Positions 1 through 12,651 of a stretch of DNA of 64,000 bases are shown here, piece by piece. Below the pieces are notes generated by a model. It searched no databases. It was not told where the DNA came from and saw only the letters and a list, made by a program, of their open reading frames with translations. Position 1 is the first letter of the stretch. The number at the start of each line of letters is the position of its first letter. Source of the stretch: Ptychomitrium polyphyllum. Taxonomy: Eukaryota. The position numbers and the translations under genes were made by a program. The stretch lies in assembly GCA_973851085.1 (NCBI GenBank), contig OZ316775.1, positions 16,864,001-16,928,000 on the forward strand. The letters are read 5' to 3'.

Positions 1-431
1 ACTAAGGAATACCTTGTCTTGCCTCCTATTTATATTATGATGCTTGTATCTCCTAGGATACTTCTAAAAAAGCTTCCTATAAGGCTTTAAAATGTTCTAG
101 AAGTCTATAGAACCTTCCTAAGAAGTTTCCTAAGATAATGGAATCTTCCTAAGAAGCTTCCAAGGAATTCAAACGTTCCTTGGGAGTTTTCTAAGGTGGT
201 GGAATCTTTTTAAGAAGTTTCCTAAAGAGATAGAACCTTTCTAGAAAATTTCTTGAGGTAATAAAACTTTCACAGAAAGTTTCCTGAGATGATGGAACCT
301 TCTGAGGAAATTTCCTAAAAATGTAGAAATGGCTATAGAGACATTTGGAAGTATTCTAAAAAGCTACTATAATATACTAAAAGGTTTGAGAAGGTTTTAA
401 AGACTATGTTGCATGATCTATTTTTGTGACA
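1..431 (-). mobile_element. LTR of Tcn1-like gypsy family A, truncated by the window edge
   Basis: Collinear with the LTRs at 15693-16306 and 21251-21761 (actaaggaataccttgtcttgcctcctatttata ... ttgcatgatctat..gtgaca); contains the ~30-bp ggaaccttcctaagaagtttcc repeats; ends ...GTGACA at 431. Confidence 0.85.
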
Positions 432-815
432 CCATGTTTGTATTTTATTAGTGGAAAATCTCTCTACCTTCATTCAATTTAAATTCCAATTTAACTTAAA
501 ACTACCAATGAATCTAATTTTGAAAAATTATCCTTCTTTTTCTAATTCATCCATTTTTTTATTTGTAATAGATGAAAACTTTTAAGAACTACCTAATTTG
601 CAAACTATATTCCTTACCAATGTACTACTTTGTAAATATAGCATCTTAGCCTTACTTAGGCTTAATTCCAACTAATGATATTATTATTCATTAATTTTAA
701 ACAAAAACAACAAAATAAACTCATTTCACAGCTCACACAGGCTTTTGGCATTAAGAAATACTATTGATGAAAACTTAGCCAAGAACTTCATTTGAAATAC
801 AAATTCTCCTATTGA

Positions 816-1959
816 AATCGCGCACCTCTCCTTGAGGAATGCCCGCAACACTAAGGGCACAAGGGAGACCCCGGAGTGACGTCTGGGACTTGTGGCGCCG
901 ATAGTGAGGAGAACCGAGTGGGCCTAGCGTGGGAAGGACTCCTAAGGGGGAGAAACATCCTTGCCCATGTAGACCGAGGGCCACCAAGGATAGATCAAGG
1001 GCATTGGAGGAATCACGAAGAGTTGATTTTAGAATGCTAAAGATTGCCAAATCGAACCAGGAAGCTAAAAGTTATGGCATTCCAAAGTTGGGGTTGCCAA
1101 GGGGCTGTTTTGGACTGTGGCAGCCTTACACAGTGACTGTACTGGAGTGGGACATTCCAGGGAGGGACTCCCCAAGAGTCCTAAACCTTGGGAGAGGCGT
1201 ATCTCCCACAATACTAACTCAAATCGGACGTTTGAGGAATCTATCGACATCTACACAAAGAGTAGATGACGACAAAGTGGTTGCTTGATACATTTGGGCA
1301 CCGCATGAAGAACATATGGCTCCCTGAAGGTCTGCTAGAAGTCCCAGAGGCTTCCAGCGGCTAAGTCCCAAGGCAGATCGGGTGGTCTTCCAAAACTTTA
1401 GGTGTGTCGGGGTTCAGCCAGCTACAAAGGGCTAGGGGGCCTGCCGAATCCCACAAAGAGTACTATAAGGGAGGGCTGGTCTCCCTTCCTACTCCCCTAA
1501 TGTCTTGGTAGGAACCAATGATGAGTCCCGGTTGGTGGAGCTAATGTTAGGGCTTCACCACGGGGACTCCCACACCATTGTGAGCCGGTGGACGGCCGGT
1601 TTCACGAAGGAAATTAGCATGTTCAAAAGGATATGCTTGTTACTACTAAATTGAGGTGGTGTCTTCACGTCGGCACCATGATGGCTTGGGGTGATCTTAG
1701 GATCAGATGGAGATTATGAGTGGTGGTGAGGAGACACCACTAAGTGCGGTTAGGCCATATAGAATGGAAGTAACACCAAATGAGGCCTTGGACATGAATG
1801 GAAGTCCGCATCTAACCATTGGCTATCAATCAATTGGTGTCCTAAGAGAAATGGTAGAAAGACTTGGAAAGGGAGAATGGGGATTAACCATGTGCATGTG
1901 GGGATGTACAAGGTTGACACGCATGACGCTTGCTAAGGTGCATTATAAGGATTGCGACA
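816..1959 (+). repeat. 5' LTR (1144 bp)
   Basis: 816-1705 aligns without gaps to 7430-8319 (offset 6614). Ends TGCGACA, the inverse of the TGTCGC start seen in the 3' LTR; the initial TG is replaced by AA here. Confidence 0.9.
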
Positions 1960-1961
1960 TT

Positions 1962-1973
1962 TGGTATCAGAGC
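1962..1973 (+). promoter_or_regulatory. Primer-binding site for initiator tRNA-Met
   Basis: TGGTATCAGAGC, 2 nt after the LTR end; canonical plant tRNAiMet PBS. Confidence 0.9.
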
Positions 1974-2011
1974 AGGCTTTGAGTATCCAAGTGCTACGTT
2001 GCGAGGAGGCT

Positions 2012-5000
2012 ATGGATAAGAAAAAGGCGGGTGATGGCGGTGAGCCCAGGGCTTCTAAACGACCACGCACAAGGATGAACAAAGACCCCAATCCGATTAA
2101 TGAGGCTCCATCCTTTGATTCCAATGAACAAGGGAATGACATTGGAGTCACCAAGGAAGTTGAGGAAACTCAACAAGACGAAGCATTGGAAAGTGGAGAG
2201 TACTCAGGAGCTAGCATTCCTGAGCCATCCAAGGGCCTAGAAAGTCAAGACCCTGACTTAAGTTTTCGCATGAAAATGCTCGAGTTCATGGACAGTGTGA
2301 ACCAAAAATCCAAGCGTCGCAAAGAATAAAGGGCCCGTCAAAAGATGTTGATTGAGCACTTGATGGCACAAGGTTCCAGGCCCTCATCTTTGACGAAGAA
2401 GTTGGCCAAGGTGAACATGCCAAGCACTTTTTTTGGGCTACGTAAAGCCAGGAAGGTGAAGGAGTTTTTTTGGAAATGGACAACTATTATGATGTCCAAA
2501 AGCTAGAAGAGGTGGACAAAGTTTCAATAGCGGTAACCTTTTTGAAAGACCATGCTCTTCAATGGTAGACAAGTAACAAGAAGCAAGAGCCGGAGTTGGT
2601 GGCGATTATGTCTTGGGTCAGTTTTAAAGAGATTTTGAGTGAACGCTTCACTCCGGAATACCAAGAGTTGAGGGAGGGCATGAACTTGGTGCAAAAGAAG
2701 CACACCGGATTGCTCAAGGCTTATGTGCGAGATTTCAACGCCCAAATGAATGCCACATTCAAAATGGATGAGTTTTCAAAGAAATGCATGTTTTTGGGTG
2801 GGCTTCAAAAGTATGTGGTGGACACCTTGTTCAAGTTTCCAAAGCTTCCGGAGGACTTGGCGGGAATTGTTAAGATTGCGGAAAGAATTGAAGCCGATGG
2901 ACTCAAAAGAAAATCAAGTGGTCCCTTTCAACAAAGTGGATTGAGCCGAAATGTATCTCGCGGTGGAGAATGCAAGAAATTTGGCTTTGGAAACAAATAC
3001 AAGGGACAAGTACATGGATGGGCCTACAAAAAAGTAGACCATCATGAGAGAAAACCATTCAAATTGGGAGATAAGGATGCTAAGGTGAAGCACAAGCGTT
3101 GCCACGGGTGTGGCAAGATTGGTCACTTCATTGCGGAGTATCCCGATAAAAAAGTGAGTACCAAAGCTTGTCACACTTGTGTTGTGGATCACATCTTAAA
3201 AGGTGGATTTGTAGCTAAAGCTAGTAGCCTTAAGCCAAGGTCGAGTCTCTTATACCTTGAGGCCCAAATAAATGGCAAAAATGTCTCATGTTGGATTGAC
3301 ATAGGAGCAACGCATTCCTTCATGAGTTCTAAGCTAGCAAGGGAGTTGGGCTTGTCGGCTTAAAAAGCTAGCAAGCCCATCAATGTGCGAATTGCAAAAG
3401 GCAAACCGTACGAGACAAAGGAGTTGGTGTTGGATGTGGCCTTATGTAGTGGGGCACTTGAGTTGAAGGAAAGTCTTACACTATGTGAGATGGATGAAGT
3501 AGACCTCATTTTAGGTGATACCTTTTTCAAAACTCATGTGGTGGATGTGAAGCAAAAGCCAATACGGTTAGTAGTGCGCCGTGGTGGGAAGGAGGCAATA
3601 TTGAAGTTGACAAGGACTCCTATGGTTGCGGGAGGAAAGTTGAACTTAGTCTCCTTAAAACAATTAGAGAATAACCAATTTGTGGTTGTGATGCAAATGG
3701 AGCAAGAAGAGGGGAATAGGCCAAGTGCCAAGGAGGTTAGGACTATTCCCAAGTGCATTCAAAATGTACTAAGTGGTTACAAGGATGTGCTCACCAATGA
3801 GCTGCCTGCAGAGTTACCGCCAAGAAGAGAAGTGGATCACAAAATTGAAGTGATACCGGGAACAAAGCCCCCTTCAAAGGCTCCATACCGGTTGAACCAA
3901 AAAGAGCTAGAAGAGTTGAAGAAGCAATTGAATGACTTGTTGGAAAGAGGCTATGTTAGACCAAGTAAGACGCCATATGGAGCACCGATCCTCTTTGTGG
4001 ACAAAAAGGATGGCAAGCTCCGCATGTGTGTCGACTATAGAGCCTTGAATAAAGCCACCATCAAGAACAACTATCCTTTGCCTCGGATCGATGACCTCTT
4101 TGATAGATTGGCGGGAGCTAAATACTTTAGTCAGATAGACTTGAAGTCGGGCTACTATTAAATCCGCATTCCGGATGAAGACGTGCCAAAGATCGCATGC
4201 CGCACTAGGTATGGGTCCTATGAATTTTTGGTGATGCCATTTGGGTTGTGTAATGTTCCTTCGACATTCACGACCCTCATGAATACCATCTTTCGAGAAG
4301 AGATGGATGACTTTGTCATTGTTTACATTGATGACATCTTGGTGTACTCCAAGTCGGCGGAAGAATATGCAAGGCACCTCAAAGTGGTGCTTCAAAAACT
4401 TAGGGACCACAAACTTTATGCCAACGGAGAAAAGAGTGAGTTTGCTCAACTTGAGATTGAGTTCTTGGGCCATATAGTGACGGATGATGGAATCAAGCCA
4501 GACATAAGGAAGATAAAGGCAATTAGAGAGTGGAAACAACCTTCTACACAAAAGGGGCTGAGATCATTTCTCGGCCTAGCAAATTATTATAGGAGGTTCA
4601 TACGCAACTTCTCCAAAATTGCTAGGCCTTTGTCCGACTTGTTGAAAAAAGGAGCTAGCCAAGTATGGGATGGATTTTGTCACCAAGCTTTTCAAGAACT
4701 CAAGGACAAGTTGTCACAACCGCCGGTATTGAAGTTTCCAGAGTTTGAAAAGCCCTTTGAGGTCCACACGGATGCAAGTGACTTTGCCATTGGCAGAGTG
4801 GTCATGCAAGAAGGCATGCCAATTGCCTATGAGAGCAAGAAGTTGGATGGGTGCCAAAAGAGATGGCCCACGCACGAGAAAGAACTCTTTGCCGTAGTGC
4901 ATTGTTTGAAAACATGGCGGCACTACTTGGGCCTACATAAAACCAAAGTCTATACGGACAACGTGTCCTTGAAGTACTTTGAGTCGCAAGCACAAATGAG

Positions 5001-6639
5001 TGCAAAACAATTGAGGTGGCATGACACCTTGGCACTTATGAATGTGGATTTGATCCACAAGCCGGGGCGTGACAATGTAGTGCCGGATGCTCTAAGTAGG
5101 CGGGAGGAGTTGCAAGCAATGGGCATAACCCAAGTCCTGCAAGTAATGTACAAGGGAGAAAGCAATTTGGAAAGGAAGATAAGAGAGGGGTACATGAAGG
5201 ACTCCGAAGCACAAAGGCTTCTTGGTGAGCTTAAGAAGGGTAAGAAACTTAAGGAAATTAAGTTGGAAAAGGGATTGCTCAAGTACAAACAAAGTCGGGT
5301 GTATGTACCTCAAGAAAAACTACGGTTGTTGGTTTTGAAAGAAAAACATGATAGTTCCATAGCCGGCCATAGAGGGGAAAAAACCACCATAGCGGCGGTG
5401 TCAAGAAGGTACTATTGGCCGGGCATGAAAGCGGACATCACCGACTTTGTGAAAACTTGTGTGAAGTGCGACCTCAATAGAGCCTCTTACCAAAAGCAAG
5501 CCGGTCTACTACAACCTTTGCCAATTCCGCCGGGTCCTTGGCATAGCGTGTCCATGGACTTCATCACAAGTCTTCCGGAATTGCAAGGACATGATGCCAT
5601 CTTTTTTATGGTGGATCGCTTTAGCAAGTTGGCGCACATGGTGCCAACTAGAGGAACCGTAACTGCACATGAAACCGCAAAGTTATTCCTTGATGCATGG
5701 TGGAAACATCACGGGTTGCCAAGAGTGATTGTGTTGAACCGAGATCCAAAATTCACTAGTGCTTTTTGGAAACATTTCTTTAGGAAAGTTGGAACCAAAT
5801 TGACATTTAGCACTGCCTTCCATCCTCAAACGGATGGGCAAACGGAACGAGTGAATGGACTCTTGAACCAATACTTGAGGAACTTTGTGAGTGCGGACCA
5901 GTGCGATTGGGCGGATTATGTGAGCTTAGCGGAGTTCAATTACAATGCGGCCAACCATTCGGCGACAAAACAATTGCCATTTAAGGTGGCCTATGGAGTG
6001 GAGCCACTCCAGCCTGCCAACTTAGCTCTCGAAGGGGCACATTCAACACTAGAGTTTAACCAAGATGGTGAGGACTTGGCCAAAAAGCGGGAACAAATGT
6101 TGAAAAAGACCAAGCTTTTGTTGGAACAGGCACAAAAGCGGTACAAGAAACAAGTCAATGCCGGAAGACGTGAAGTAGAGTATGAAGTAGGCCAAAAGGT
6201 ATAATTGAATGTGAAGAACTTTAGCTTGCCCAAAGGCCTCACTCCAAAGTTCATGTCCAAATTTGCGGGGCCGTTTTCCATTGTGGAGCGGATGTTTAAA
6301 GATGTGTATAAGTTGGAGCTACCACCCAAAATCAAAGTGCAGCCAACATTTCATGTCTCACTCCTTAAGCCATTCAAAAAAGATACCTTATGGCCCAATT
6401 GCAAACAAGTGATTCGGGCACCGCCGGAATTGGTGGGCGACCCCTTGGAATACGAAGTAGAAGGAATTCTCAAGTGTAGGCACCACAAGAAAGTAGGAAA
6501 AGAGTATTTGGTGAAGTGGAGAGGGTACCATGAAAAGGAAGCAATTTGGGTAGCAGCCAAGGACTTGGGAAATGCCAATGAAGTGGTGGAACGCTTTGAA
6601 AGAGATAGGAACTCCAACAAAAGACAACGTCAGCATTGA
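2012..6639 (+). pseudogene. gag-pol polyprotein with premature stops
   Basis: Zn knuckle CHGCGKIGHF, protease [22 protein letters not shown] and VYIDDILVYS, RNase H DASDFAIG and EKELFAVV, integrase HHCC plus SMDFITSLP and QTDGQTER, GPF module, chromodomain YEVEGILK...YLVKWRGY. Stops at 2327, 2566, 3361, 4159 and 6202. Confidence 0.92.
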
Positions 6640-7429
6640 TGAGGACATCAATCTCTTTTAGTAGGGGGAGAGTGGCTTGTAGCAGTAACTTCTTCACATC
6701 ATGTATTGGTTCCTTGGCTTATGGCAATAAAGTTCAACTTTTGTGTGTGCAAAGAAAAGAGTATAAGATGACGTCCTAGTCTTGTGCTTGTGCTAAGTTG
6801 GTAGAAGAGGGGGAATAGACATGTGAAACCAAGTTGGAAAGGCCGAGTAATGGAGACCAAGGCTGGGAAGAGGAATGGTTAAAACCATGAAACCTCCTTG
6901 CCTCGGGCTTGTCCGGGCAAGGACAAGGTAATGGCGCGTGCTCATAAAAGCGCCACTCCTACAAACTAACAAAAGTTAGTGCATGGAAGTCATGAACCCA
7001 TGTCTCAATAGAGATAGTGGGATCCAGATTGGACGGAATTTGGCATTACACTTGTGCTATCAAGTCGTGGAATAAAAGACACCTTGGGTTTGCAACCAAG
7101 ACAACTTAGTGGAGCATTGAGGTCCAGCCTAGTTTGAGAGGAGGAGTTACAGCAGTGTAGCCTAACTAGGGAGTGTATCCCAAGAGGGTCTCAAAGTAGG
7201 TAGGTCTAGAGTAGTTTAGGGCGCTTAAGATTTTTGTCTAGGGTGCCTAAACAGACCACCTTCTAAACAACACCTTTGAGACTTTGCCAAAGACTTATGA
7301 ATGCATTGTGGGGGTCGTACCCTGGATGAAACACAATGCTGTACCACTAGAGGATGGCAATCTTAGAATTGGTGTGCCGACTACAAGTATAGTCGATGAG
7401 GGCATCGACTCCATTAAGGTGGAGGTGAG

Positions 7430-8344
7430 TGTCGCGCACCTCTCGTTGAAGAGTGCCCACAACACTAAGGGCACAAGGGGGACCTTGGAATAACGTCCGG
7501 GATTTGTGGCGCTGATAGTGAGGAGAACCGAGTGGGCCTAGCGTGGGAAGGACTCCTAAGGGGGAGAAACATCCTTGCCCATGTAGACCGAGGGCCACCA
7601 AGGATAGATCAAGGGCATTGGAGGAATCACGAAGAGTTGATTTTAGAATGCTAAAGATTGCCAAATCGAACCAGGAAGCTAAAAGTTATGGCATTCCAAA
7701 GTTGGGGTTGCCAAGGGGCTGTTTTGGACTGTGGCAGCCTTACACAGTGACTGTACTGGAGTGGGACATTCCAGGGAGGGACTCCCCAAGAGTCCTAAAC
7801 CTTGGGAGAGGCGTATCTCCCACAATACTAACTCAAATCGGACGTTTGAGGAATCTATCGACATCTACACAAAGAGTAGATGACGACAAAGTGGTTGCTT
7901 GATACATTTGGGCACCGCATGAAGAACATATGGCTCCCTGAAGGTCTGCTAGAAGTCCCAGAGGCTTCCAGCGGCTAAGTCCCAAGGCAGATCGGGTGGT
8001 CTTCCAAAACTTTAGGTGTGTCGGGGTTCAGCCAGCTACAAAGGGCTAGGGGGCCTGCCGAATTCCACAAAGAGTACTATAAGGGAGGGCTGGTCTCCCT
8101 TCCAACTCCCCTAATGTCTTGGTAGGAACCAATGATGAGTCCCGGTTGGTGGAGCTAATGTTAGGGCTTCACCACGGGGACTCCCACACCATTGTGAGCC
8201 GGTGGACGGCCGGTTTCACGAAGGGAATTAGCATGTTCAAAAGGATATGCTTGTTACTACTAAGTTGGGGTGGTGTCTTCACGTCGGCACCATGATGGCT
8301 TGGGGTGATCTTAGGATCACTTGGATCTTACAATGGTTGCAACA
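7430..8344 (+). repeat. 3' LTR (915 bp, lacks ~230 bp present in the 5' LTR)
   Basis: Starts TGTCGC after the purine tract aaggtggaggtgag; ends TGCAACA followed by TSD ATTGA. Confidence 0.9.
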
Positions 8345-11300
8345 ATTGATGCTCAAATATGTTTTGTAAAGATGAAAGATGGATCTTTACAAATGTGTGT
8401 CAATTACGGTGGCCTCAACGAATTGACAATGAAGAATTGGTATCTATTGCCGCTAATATCTAGACTTTTTGATCAACTTGGCCAAGCGATTTCCACCAAA
8501 ATTAACCTACAAAGAGTTTATAACTTGGTGCACATCAAAGAAAGAGACAAATGGAAGACAACATTTTGAATAAGGTATGGATATTTTGAATACAATTTCA
8601 TGCCTTTTAGACTTAATAACGTATCCACCATTTTCTAGCACCTGATGAATAACATATTTTGAGATTACCTCAATGATTTTGTCATATGTTATTTGGATGA
8701 TGTTTTTATCTATTCACAAAATTCAGAGGACCATAAATAATACGTCTACATATTCCTACAAAAATTATGAGATCCTGGTTTATGTACCAAACTAGAGAAA
8801 TGTGTCTTTCTCAAGTCTCAAGTAGAATTTCTTGGCTGTATCATCTTCAATAAAAGACTACTAATGAATCTAAAGAAGGTTGAAGCAATCAATGTTTAGA
8901 CAAGGTCTTAATCAGTACGTAATGTAAAATGCTTTCTTAGATTTGTACATTTCTATAAGATCTTTATCAAGGACTATTTCCAAAGAGCTGCACCATTCAC
9001 ACGATTAACATGCATAGAAAAGTTTGAGTGGAGATTTGATACCAAGGAGGCATTTCAAAGTTTAAAACAAACTTTTATTACATCCTTTATTTTTATCCAT
9101 TTTAAATTTTTAATGCCATTTTACATGGAGACAAATGCTTTTAATTTTGTATCAGGAGCAATTTTATCGCGGCTAGAAGAAGAAAGGAGACTTTATCAAT
9201 CCGCCTTCATATACTTCAAATACGTCATTAGTTTCCTACGGTTGGACATTTTAGATTCAATAAGACTTCCAAAATCTTCTCTCTTGACTTTTGGTGGCTT
9301 CAAATGTGCAAGGCTATTAAAGAATTTTTACTCTTGTATAACACCTGTTTTTAGTCAAAGAATCCAAGACACCGCCTATATAGACATCTACAATTACTAC
9401 CTATTCTAAGGCAACCGTGGTCATTTATTTTCATGGATTTCATTACAAATCTTTTAGCATCAAATTCTTTTGATACCATCTTTGTTGTAGTAGACCGGTT
9501 GACCAAAATGACACATTTTGTACCTTGCAAGAAGATAATTACAGACATTAATATTGCCACATTCTTTATGGATAATGTCTATGGCTGCCATGGACTGCCC
9601 GACAATATCATATCAGATTGTAGGCCACAATTTGTATCAAGATTTTAAAAGTCACTCTTTGAAATTTTTAAGGTAGATAGTAAACTTTCTTTTGCCTTCC
9701 ATCCTCAAACCAATGGCCAAATAGAGCAAGTCAATTAGATTTTACAGCAATATTTGAAGTGTTTCATCAACTACTAATAAGATGATTTAACTTCCTATTT
9801 GACATTGGCTGAGTTTGCCTACTACAACAATACCAGTCCCGCTTCCATTCAACAAACACCACTCGATTCCAACTAAGACATCATCCAAAGATGGATATTA
9901 CAACCTCTACAATCAAAAAATCCAATAGTAGAGGAATTTGCCACAAGGATGGCAGAGCTTCAAACAACAATAAGGATTGAACTAGAAGAAGCTCAAAAAT
10001 AATACAAAATGTCAGCAAATGCAACAAGGAAGGAACAACCTCCATTCTAAGTTGGTGAAAAAATGTGACTCCTTTGACACAATATAAGGATCAATAGGCC
10101 ATGTGACAAATTAAACTAACGCAAGTTGAGACCATTTATAATTCAAAACAAATCAACCACGTGGCATATTATTTGGAACTACTAGCATCAAAGAAGATAC
10201 ATCTAGTCTTCCACGTTTTGCTTTTGGAAGCCTATAAGGAATCAATCATCTTTGGACAAAGACAACTGCCACCACCTGTGGTTGAAATTGACAATCATCA
10301 TGAATACAAAGTGGAAGAAGTGTTTGATTCACAGATAAAACGTGGAAAGCTGGAATATTTAGTCCTTTGGTGCGGATATGACATTAATGAATGTACATGG
10401 AAGCTAGCTAATAATCTTGCCAATTCACCAATAAAAATTTGTGAGTTCCATCAATAACATCCATCCAAACTAAAAATAGCAATACAAATTTGAGCTATAG
10501 AATCAGCTCATTTTGTTATTTTTTCTTTAAAAACATGACAAAATTTAACATTGTAGAAGAGATTAGGTCTAATTAGGGCAAAAGAAATTGTATTATAATT
10601 GTTATTAAGAGAAATAAAGGGTGAGTAGGCAGATGGTCATGGTCATTGTCATGGTCATATATTGTAGCAGTTTTAAGAAGGAATAGATGGAGTAAAGATT
10701 AGTAAGGAGATGTGAGAGGTTAGAGGAAGAGGATAGCCTTCAAATAGCTAGGACTGTGTAGTTTTGTTTTCTCCTTCCCCTCGGCTTGCAAAGGAGGAAA
10801 CGGTACTTGGCTAAGTGTAGTGACAAGTCAACAATGCAAACGGCCATTAGCAATATTGTAGCCCAACAGCAGGGAAATCTTCGGCAGAATCAAGGTCAAG
10901 CCTTTCTAACAGTCCGAAGCAACAGGGTAAGCAGAAGTAGATAGATCTTTTTTGTAGCCACATGTTACTGTTGTTGAATCTGTGCCTACATGAATACTGC
11001 GAGCTGCAGCAGCAATCAGGGTGAATTCGGTGAACTGTAGAACCAGGCGATCAGACAGTTCAACACGGCAAGGTGGAATTGGCACATGCGTGGCAGCACT
11101 TGTGACAGAATCGACGAGAGTAAGCTGAAGACAGAGAACTGGTGGTATAACAAAGGATTTTGGAGTTGAACAACAGATCCACAGCCACGGAATCCGGTTC
11201 AGCAGGTAGAGGAGACGGGCAATCCAACAGAGAAGCGGATAATGGAACGGTGGTTGAGAGTCAATCTGCAATACCGCAAAGACCACTGCCAACAGCCGCA

Positions 11301-11939
11301 AGGTTTGGTTTCTCAAGGCTAAAGCGACCAAATTGTGGTGGAGCCCACCATTGGCGGCCCGCAATAAATCAGGGCCACAAAGGATTATATATATATATCT
11401 AATGATGCTTGAGAAATGAGAAGGTGAGTCTTCCAACTAACAAAGGCTTATTTAATTTACAAAAATGATTGAAGCTAAATATCTTTAGTTAGCCTACAAA
11501 AGATATTGAACATTAAATTTGCTCCCTAAAAGCTAATCAGGCTAGAAATACATCACAAATATTACAAAACACTTAACATACCTCAATATAAAAAGAAGCA
11601 TGTGAGCTAGGGATTGTTTCAATTAGTGAGACGGTATTTTAGTTCACAACAAGAAATAACGGCTCAATAATATTGCATAATCTTAAAGGCTCTTGATGCT
11701 TAAGCTTTTAAATAGGAAAGGTAGTAATACCCAGACCATAAGTTTTTATAGCCCTGTACATGATTTAGAATTTAAGCCTTTGTATTTTGAAGTTTATCAT
11801 AGTTCCTTGAGAGTAGCTTGGTATACTGGATATGGACAATTGAAATATAGATACCATGCTAATAGTGTCAATTCAATTAAGTGGCTTTCATCAACAACAT
11901 CACTACAAAAAAAAAATTGGACAAAGAAGACATCAAGGA

Positions 11940-12651
11940 ATATTTAACAGTAGATTGTTGGTGATTGTCTTTGAAGTAGAGCCAATTTACAAGGATTATT
12001 GAAAAGCGGTGTTTGAAAGACGTTTTCACAATGCAGATACAGAAGTTCATGCTTGGTTCCACGTAGAAGGCGTTGGACACTATTGGAGGTTACAAAGAGC
12101 CATGAATCATTTGAATTGTGAAAGTCAATTGGAATATATTGCAGACACCATGCGACAAATTTTTGACTTCTTACGATTCTAAGCACTTGTCGCAACATCC
12201 TCTTTGGAAACCCCAAAGTTAGAAGAGGAAGTGATGTTACGGGCATAAATATTTTAGAAGCATCTAAGAAGGTTCTTTAAAAGTTAGAAAGGCTAAAGAA
12301 GCTAAATCGGCTTCGAAAACTTCCAAAGAAGTTATCTAGATTTAAAAAGCTTCTAGAGAAGTTACTTTGACTTAAGGCATTTCTATAGAAGCAAATTAAG
12401 GTTAGTTGACTACGAAGCAATGTACAAAAAGCTTCTCAAGAGCTTCTAAGGCTTGCAATATTAGTATATATAGGAGCTGAGGCTAAAGAGATCTTCAATC
12501 TCAACAACGCATTTCTTTTAGTTTAGCTCAGATCTTCTAGCCTTGTCTTTGTATCTTGTTTTAGTTCTTCACTTCTAATATATCTTAGACATATCTTGTT
12601 CCATACCCTGAAATTCTAAAGCCTTGTCTTGCTGTTCCTATGTCTGTAAGA
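11940..12651 (+). mobile_element. 3' internal region, PPT and LTR (12235-12651) of gypsy LTR family B; possibly the 3' end of the old element at 745-10470
   Basis: PPT agaagaggaagtga then TGTTACGGGCATA; TATA tatatatagg near 12465; shares the ...ctcaacaacgcat... block with the LTR at 44374-44746. Confidence 0.75.

Larger units (their letters stand above)
816..8344 (+). mobile_element. Near-complete Ty3/gypsy chromovirus (tRNA-Met primed, Galadriel-like), disabled by stops
   Basis: 5' LTR 816-1959, 3' LTR 7430-8344, 5-bp TSD ATTGA at 811-815 and 8345-8349, PBS 1962-1973, PPT 7416-7429, order gag-PR-RT-RH-INT-chromodomain. The Galadriel assignment is an inference from the PBS and RNase H wording. 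Confidence 0.93.
745..10470 (+). mobile_element. Old, degenerate Tcn1-like gypsy pol (RT, partial RNase H, integrase, chromodomain), split by the 816-8344 insertion
   Basis: 745-815 reads LALRNTIDENLAKNFI*NTNSP and rejoins across the TSD to IDAQICFVKMKDGSLQMCVNYGGLN (8345 on). YLDD near 8690; MDFITNL...VVVDRLTKMTHF at 9433; chromodomain YKVEEVFDSQIKRGKLEYLVLWCGY near 10300-10400. Many stops and an internal deletion near 9200. Confidence 0.85.

Noticed and set aside
100..330. Regularly spaced ~30-bp quasi-palindromic repeats resembling a CRISPR array
   Set aside because: Head-to-tail units without unique spacers, inside LTRs, with no cas genes, in a eukaryotic context.
929..1288. Identical 119-aa ORFs at 929-1288 and 7543-7902
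   Set aside because: They lie inside the two LTRs, so identity reflects the LTR duplication; GTG start and no recognisable domain.
3907..4551. 214-aa antisense ORF and other ORFs overlapping pol, EDM2-like and WIP exons
   Set aside because: Shadow ORFs of real coding sequence.
10860..11440. GC-richer segment with 176-aa and 80-aa ORFs
   Set aside because: Non-ATG starts, no motif and no splice support; probably a repeat fragment.
11901..11916. CACTACAAAAAAAAAA resembling a CACTA terminus
   Set aside because: No matching inverted end and no transposase found; it sits in a retroelement 3' region.
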